A stretch of DNA of 64,000 nucleotides, from contig JBLWGC010000230.1 in assembly GCA_048772705.1 (NCBI GenBank), positions 992,001 to 1,056,000 of the forward strand, in the 5' to 3' direction. Below, piece by piece: positions 60,379 through 64,000 of this stretch (within the stretch, counting starts at the first letter, position 1; each line of letters opens with the position of its first letter). Both the position numbers and the translations under genes were made by a program. Source of the stretch: Leidyana gryllorum EB-2025a (taxonomy: Eukaryota > Protista > Apicomplexa). Below the pieces are notes generated by a model. It ran no database searches. It was not told where the DNA came from and was given only the letters and a program-made list of their open reading frames with translations.

Positions 60379-61215
60379 ATGAGTGCGCCCTCGGCCAACC
60401 CGACCTGCCAGAAATGCCACCAAAAGGGCCAGTAAGCTATCTCACATCTACTCGTTCACACCCGACACTCCAGTTGGACGTATCAATGTAAAAATCCGCC
60501 TGTCTATCTCACCAGGCCGAGCAGAACCGAGACTCTCAAGTAAGCCGGGCTGACCAACCGTTTGTTACACATTCAGGAACCCTAAACTACGCTTGGCGTA
60601 TCTTCCTGAAACGGAGGATGTCCCCGAGATCCCCAGGTGAGCCCGCAACCCAACTCCCTGCCCAACTTCACTACCTCCCCCCTCCCCGTCTGATAACACT
60701 TTCTACACACACACACACACAGGATTACGGACAATGATCCAATGAGGGATCCTGTCTTGCGCGAACGGCGCCGTGTCGAGTCGGAGCGGAAACGGAAAGA
60801 AGCGGAGAAGCGCGTAGCCAAAAGCTCATCCACCCGACGAAGACGAGAGGACAGTCCAACAGCAGGACGACGGGACGGTGGACGCCCACCAACAACACGG
60901 CGCGACTCTCGACGGACAAAACGCGCTCCGTCGCCTGATTCTAGCAGTGGGAAGTCGGATAGTGATTCCTATTCTTCAAGCAGCGAGGAAAGTGGTGACC
61001 GGGTCCCAGCCAAGAGAAGAAGGAGGACGACAGCAGCCCGCGGTAGTAGAAGGGGTGATGCGTCAGGATCATCCTCTTCTTCCTCCTCCTCTTCTTCTTC
61101 ATCTTCTTCTGGGTCCTCTGCATCAGACTCGCTGACGAGTGAATCAGAATCCTCCAGTACTTCCTCCAGTAGTAGTTGCCACCACGCACACAAGAGGCGT
61201 CGTCGCCATGACTGA
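60379..61215 (+). CDS. Zinc-knuckle protein (ZCCHC10/SREK1IP1-like) with an Arg/Ser-rich tail, multi-exon
   Basis: CQKCHQKGH|WTYQC...YLTRPSRT...LK|NPKL, followed by poly-Ser and basic low complexity. Confidence 0.8.
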
Positions 61216-61281
61216 TCGTGCCGCAGGTGGTGGTTGAGGAGGGCTTAAAAAGCGCTGACAAAAAACAAACATATAGGAACA

Positions 61282-62943
61282 ATGGTTGGCTATCTGGGCT
61301 CCTTGGGCTTGCAGATCATCAAGTCTCGTATCTCTTCTCGTGACTCTCGAGTTGTAGTATGTGAAGCACCGCCTCCACTCTCATTCCACGCACATAATGA
61401 CTGTCGTCCACGAGAGACTCCTCCGATCGCGACCCCTCGCCGACTTCCCACCAAACTGTCGCCCCCTCCGCTCGACCGTTTGGCCAAGAAGGAAGATGCA
61501 AAGAAGAGCACTCAGTGGACGAGAGCGACCCCGCGGCCCTCGGCGTGGCCCTTCGACTGCGTTCTCCACCAGATCAACTCCAACTCGCCCATTGAAGACA
61601 GAGGCGTAGTCTCCGTATTAGATATCAAACGTCACTTCGAAGACGAGGAGAATCCAAAGGACGCTCGATGGCTGATGGCAGCCGTCATCGATGGCCACAG
61701 CGGCTGGCAAACTGGTGAGACTCTCACAATTGACCTCACAACCCGCTTCCAGCCGAATACGTGTCGAGAACGCTGGGAAACCGAGTCCAGAAAGCCGTTA
61801 ATGAATCGAGGGGGGCTCTGACCGCTACCAACTTGAGTGAAATATTCTGTCGTTGCTTTGAGCGCTTGGATGATGAGATACGCGTGCGTATAGAGCCCGC
61901 CTTCAACCTCGGCCATTGCCATGTCGCAAAGGCAGGGGCCACCACCTGTGCCACCTTTGTCACCCCGTCTAAGATAATTGCTGCCAATGTCGGCGACAGT
62001 CGCGCCTATCTATGTCGTGGAGGCAAGATGCTTTCCCTAACCAATCAACACAAGTGAGTTGTTTGTTGTGAGATGGGAAACGTGATTGGTGATGGCAGTG
62101 CCGGTGACGCTGTGGAGGCGAGTAAACTCAAAGATGCACATCCCAATGAGGAAGATTTGATCTATGTGTCCAAGGTGGGTGTGGGTGTGGTCAATTCAGG
62201 GTGACCGTCGCTCTCACATTATCTTTTATATGCAGCCCAAGCCCAAGGAAGATAAAGATGCCGAGAAGAAAGACGGGAAAAAGGGTGAATCGACGACGAC
62301 GACGACGGACGCTGAGTCTGGAAAGGACGCAGCCACCAAGACGATGGCACCGGACTTCTTCACTCAAATGCGGAATGTTTTAACCTGGCGTCGAGCTGCT
62401 TCCGAGACGGAGAAGGAGCACACTGGCGGGGCGTGCTACACAAAGGGCAGATTGCAGTTGACGCGAGCCTTTGGAGACTTCTATCTGAAAGATGCAAAGT
62501 TTGCCGTCGATTGGGATAGCGGTCGGCTGCTGGTGAATATCCCTCACAGCTTCCCTTACCTCTCTCGGCTTCCGGAAGTCTCGGTCATGTCTCGTGATCC
62601 CCAACGGGACGAGTTTATATTGGTGGCGAGCGACGGCGTCTGGGACGAGTTGGATGCCGACGAAGTCGGACAGATTGTGCGAAATGAGATGCGCAAAGGC
62701 ACTGACCTTTCGAAAATTGCCAAAGCGTAAGTGGAACCATCAATGTTGAAAAGAAATCGCCCTGAGCGCAGTGTCCAGGCAGAGGTTTTGAATCGCTCGT
62801 CCAAACGGAATGGGGTGACTGTTGAAGCAATGCAGGCGTTGGCTCCCAAGCAACGTCGGGATATGTACGATGATATGACGATCGCCATAGTGAATCTCAA
62901 GACAGAGTACGACGCCGCTGGAGATCCCGTCAAGTCGATTTAG
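61282..62943 (+). CDS. PP2C/PPM family phosphatase (pyruvate dehydrogenase phosphatase-like), multi-exon
   Basis: NSPIEDR, VIDGHSG, ANVGDSRA, GRLQLTRAFGD, LVASDGVWD and YDDMT. Confidence 0.92.
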
Positions 62944-62997
62944 ACTATCGAACAACAGATTCGTGATTTTCTTTCATTCACTCTCTCTCTCTCTCAT

Positions 62998-64000
62998 CTA
63001 TTCGTCTCCTCCCCAACCGCCTTGGCGGTTCGCGTGTTTCCGATGAGAGATTGAGACTCCCAGATCCAACCCTAACATAGCCAGAGAAAAAGTGACAGAG
63101 AGCAAAGACTCCCCATTATATAGATAGAATGCGGTTGGTGGTGGTGCTGACCGGGTTAGCAGCGTTGTTCTCAGCGTCGATAGTCGCGGGACAGCCTTCG
63201 AGAAGGGAATGGGTGGACGCAGTGCTTCACGAAGGTGCTGGGACTCATATACATGGCTTCCCCAGTTATGACGAAACACACTATATATTGGAATCGTTTG
63301 CTCAATGGAATCCTTTATTCACTCGAAGGATACTCACTGGTATTTCGGTCAAATGTCGACCACTCTGGGCTTATTGGCTCTCTGGCACGGGCCTCTGGCA
63401 TCCTCCGACGGAAGTGCGGAATTATCTTGATGCCCTCTCCAAGGATCTCATGGTCTCTATTCTGGAAGAAGAGGCCGAGCTCATCGACAGCTGCACTTCT
63501 CAGAATGCGACTGAACATTTCCTGACGGTTCTTGACAGACACCGCACTTCCAAAGCCAAGTCGCACTTGGCCGCGATAGACTGGCCGAATTATGGCAGAT
63601 CACTTTTTACCTCTCTTCACCACGCTCGAGAGCCCACCTCTCTCACAACTCCGTTCTACGCTTATCTGCGTACTCTGCAGGCGCTCAACACGCAGTTGAC
63701 GACCAACGGATCGCCCTCAAATCCCGCTCGTAGAGAGAATCGAATAGTCGCAGCTCTCATAGCTCAACGAGAAGTACTCTGGATTCCCTTCGTTAATCCC
63801 GATGGATACATCGACATAGCTGATGGCGCTGACTCCAATATACGTAAAAATCGACGGATAACCTGCGACAAGAAACGATTCACTCAGAGTCTGCCCCACA
63901 ACCCCAGCTTGCTTCAGAGATTTCTTCCACCTCAACGCACCCCAAACATTAACCTTCAAGATAACCAACTTCCTGACTATCATGAGGGGGTTGACATCAA
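62998..64000 (-). CDS. Probable 3' part of a multi-exon hypothetical gene
   Basis: Several minus-strand ORF pieces with splice-like sites. No family recognised. Confidence 0.3.

Noticed and set aside
1-64000. Alternative genetic code or stop-codon readthrough
   Set aside because: The conserved genes checked translate cleanly with the standard code once short introns are removed.

Overview
This is eukaryotic DNA, not prokaryotic. It is extremely gene-dense, with many short GT-AG introns (mostly about 35-55 nt) and intergenic gaps often under 60 bp. The PSTAIRE CDK and TRAP-like surface proteins suggest an apicomplexan, possibly a gregarine (inference). About 30 genes are present. Housekeeping genes include an XPF C-terminus, LSM12, TPK1, an ABHD hydrolase, ATG7, GPI, RTRAF, PMS1/2, RPL8, TMEM184, SEC13, CDK, RRP5, SPP, RPS10, a prenyltransferase alpha subunit, a Zn knuckle protein and PP2C. 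The most notable features are: (i) three intron-poor type-I membrane proteins with an integrin-beta-like vWA domain, Thr-rich stalk, TM helix and acidic tail (one has an intact MIDAS, two tandem paralogs are degenerate); (ii) a large myosin with a degenerate P-loop, switch I and switch II (probable pseudo-motor) just upstream of the tandem adhesins; (iii) a probably GPI-anchored GH20 hexosaminidase; (iv) a repeat-rich protein with YxxM/YxxP motifs whose 3' end lies in a near-identical 1.64-kb tandem duplication; (v) a stand-alone Yvh1 Zn finger; (vi) a start codon apparently formed by splicing. Exon boundaries were read by eye and are approximate. No rRNA, tRNA, CRISPR array or mobile element was found.
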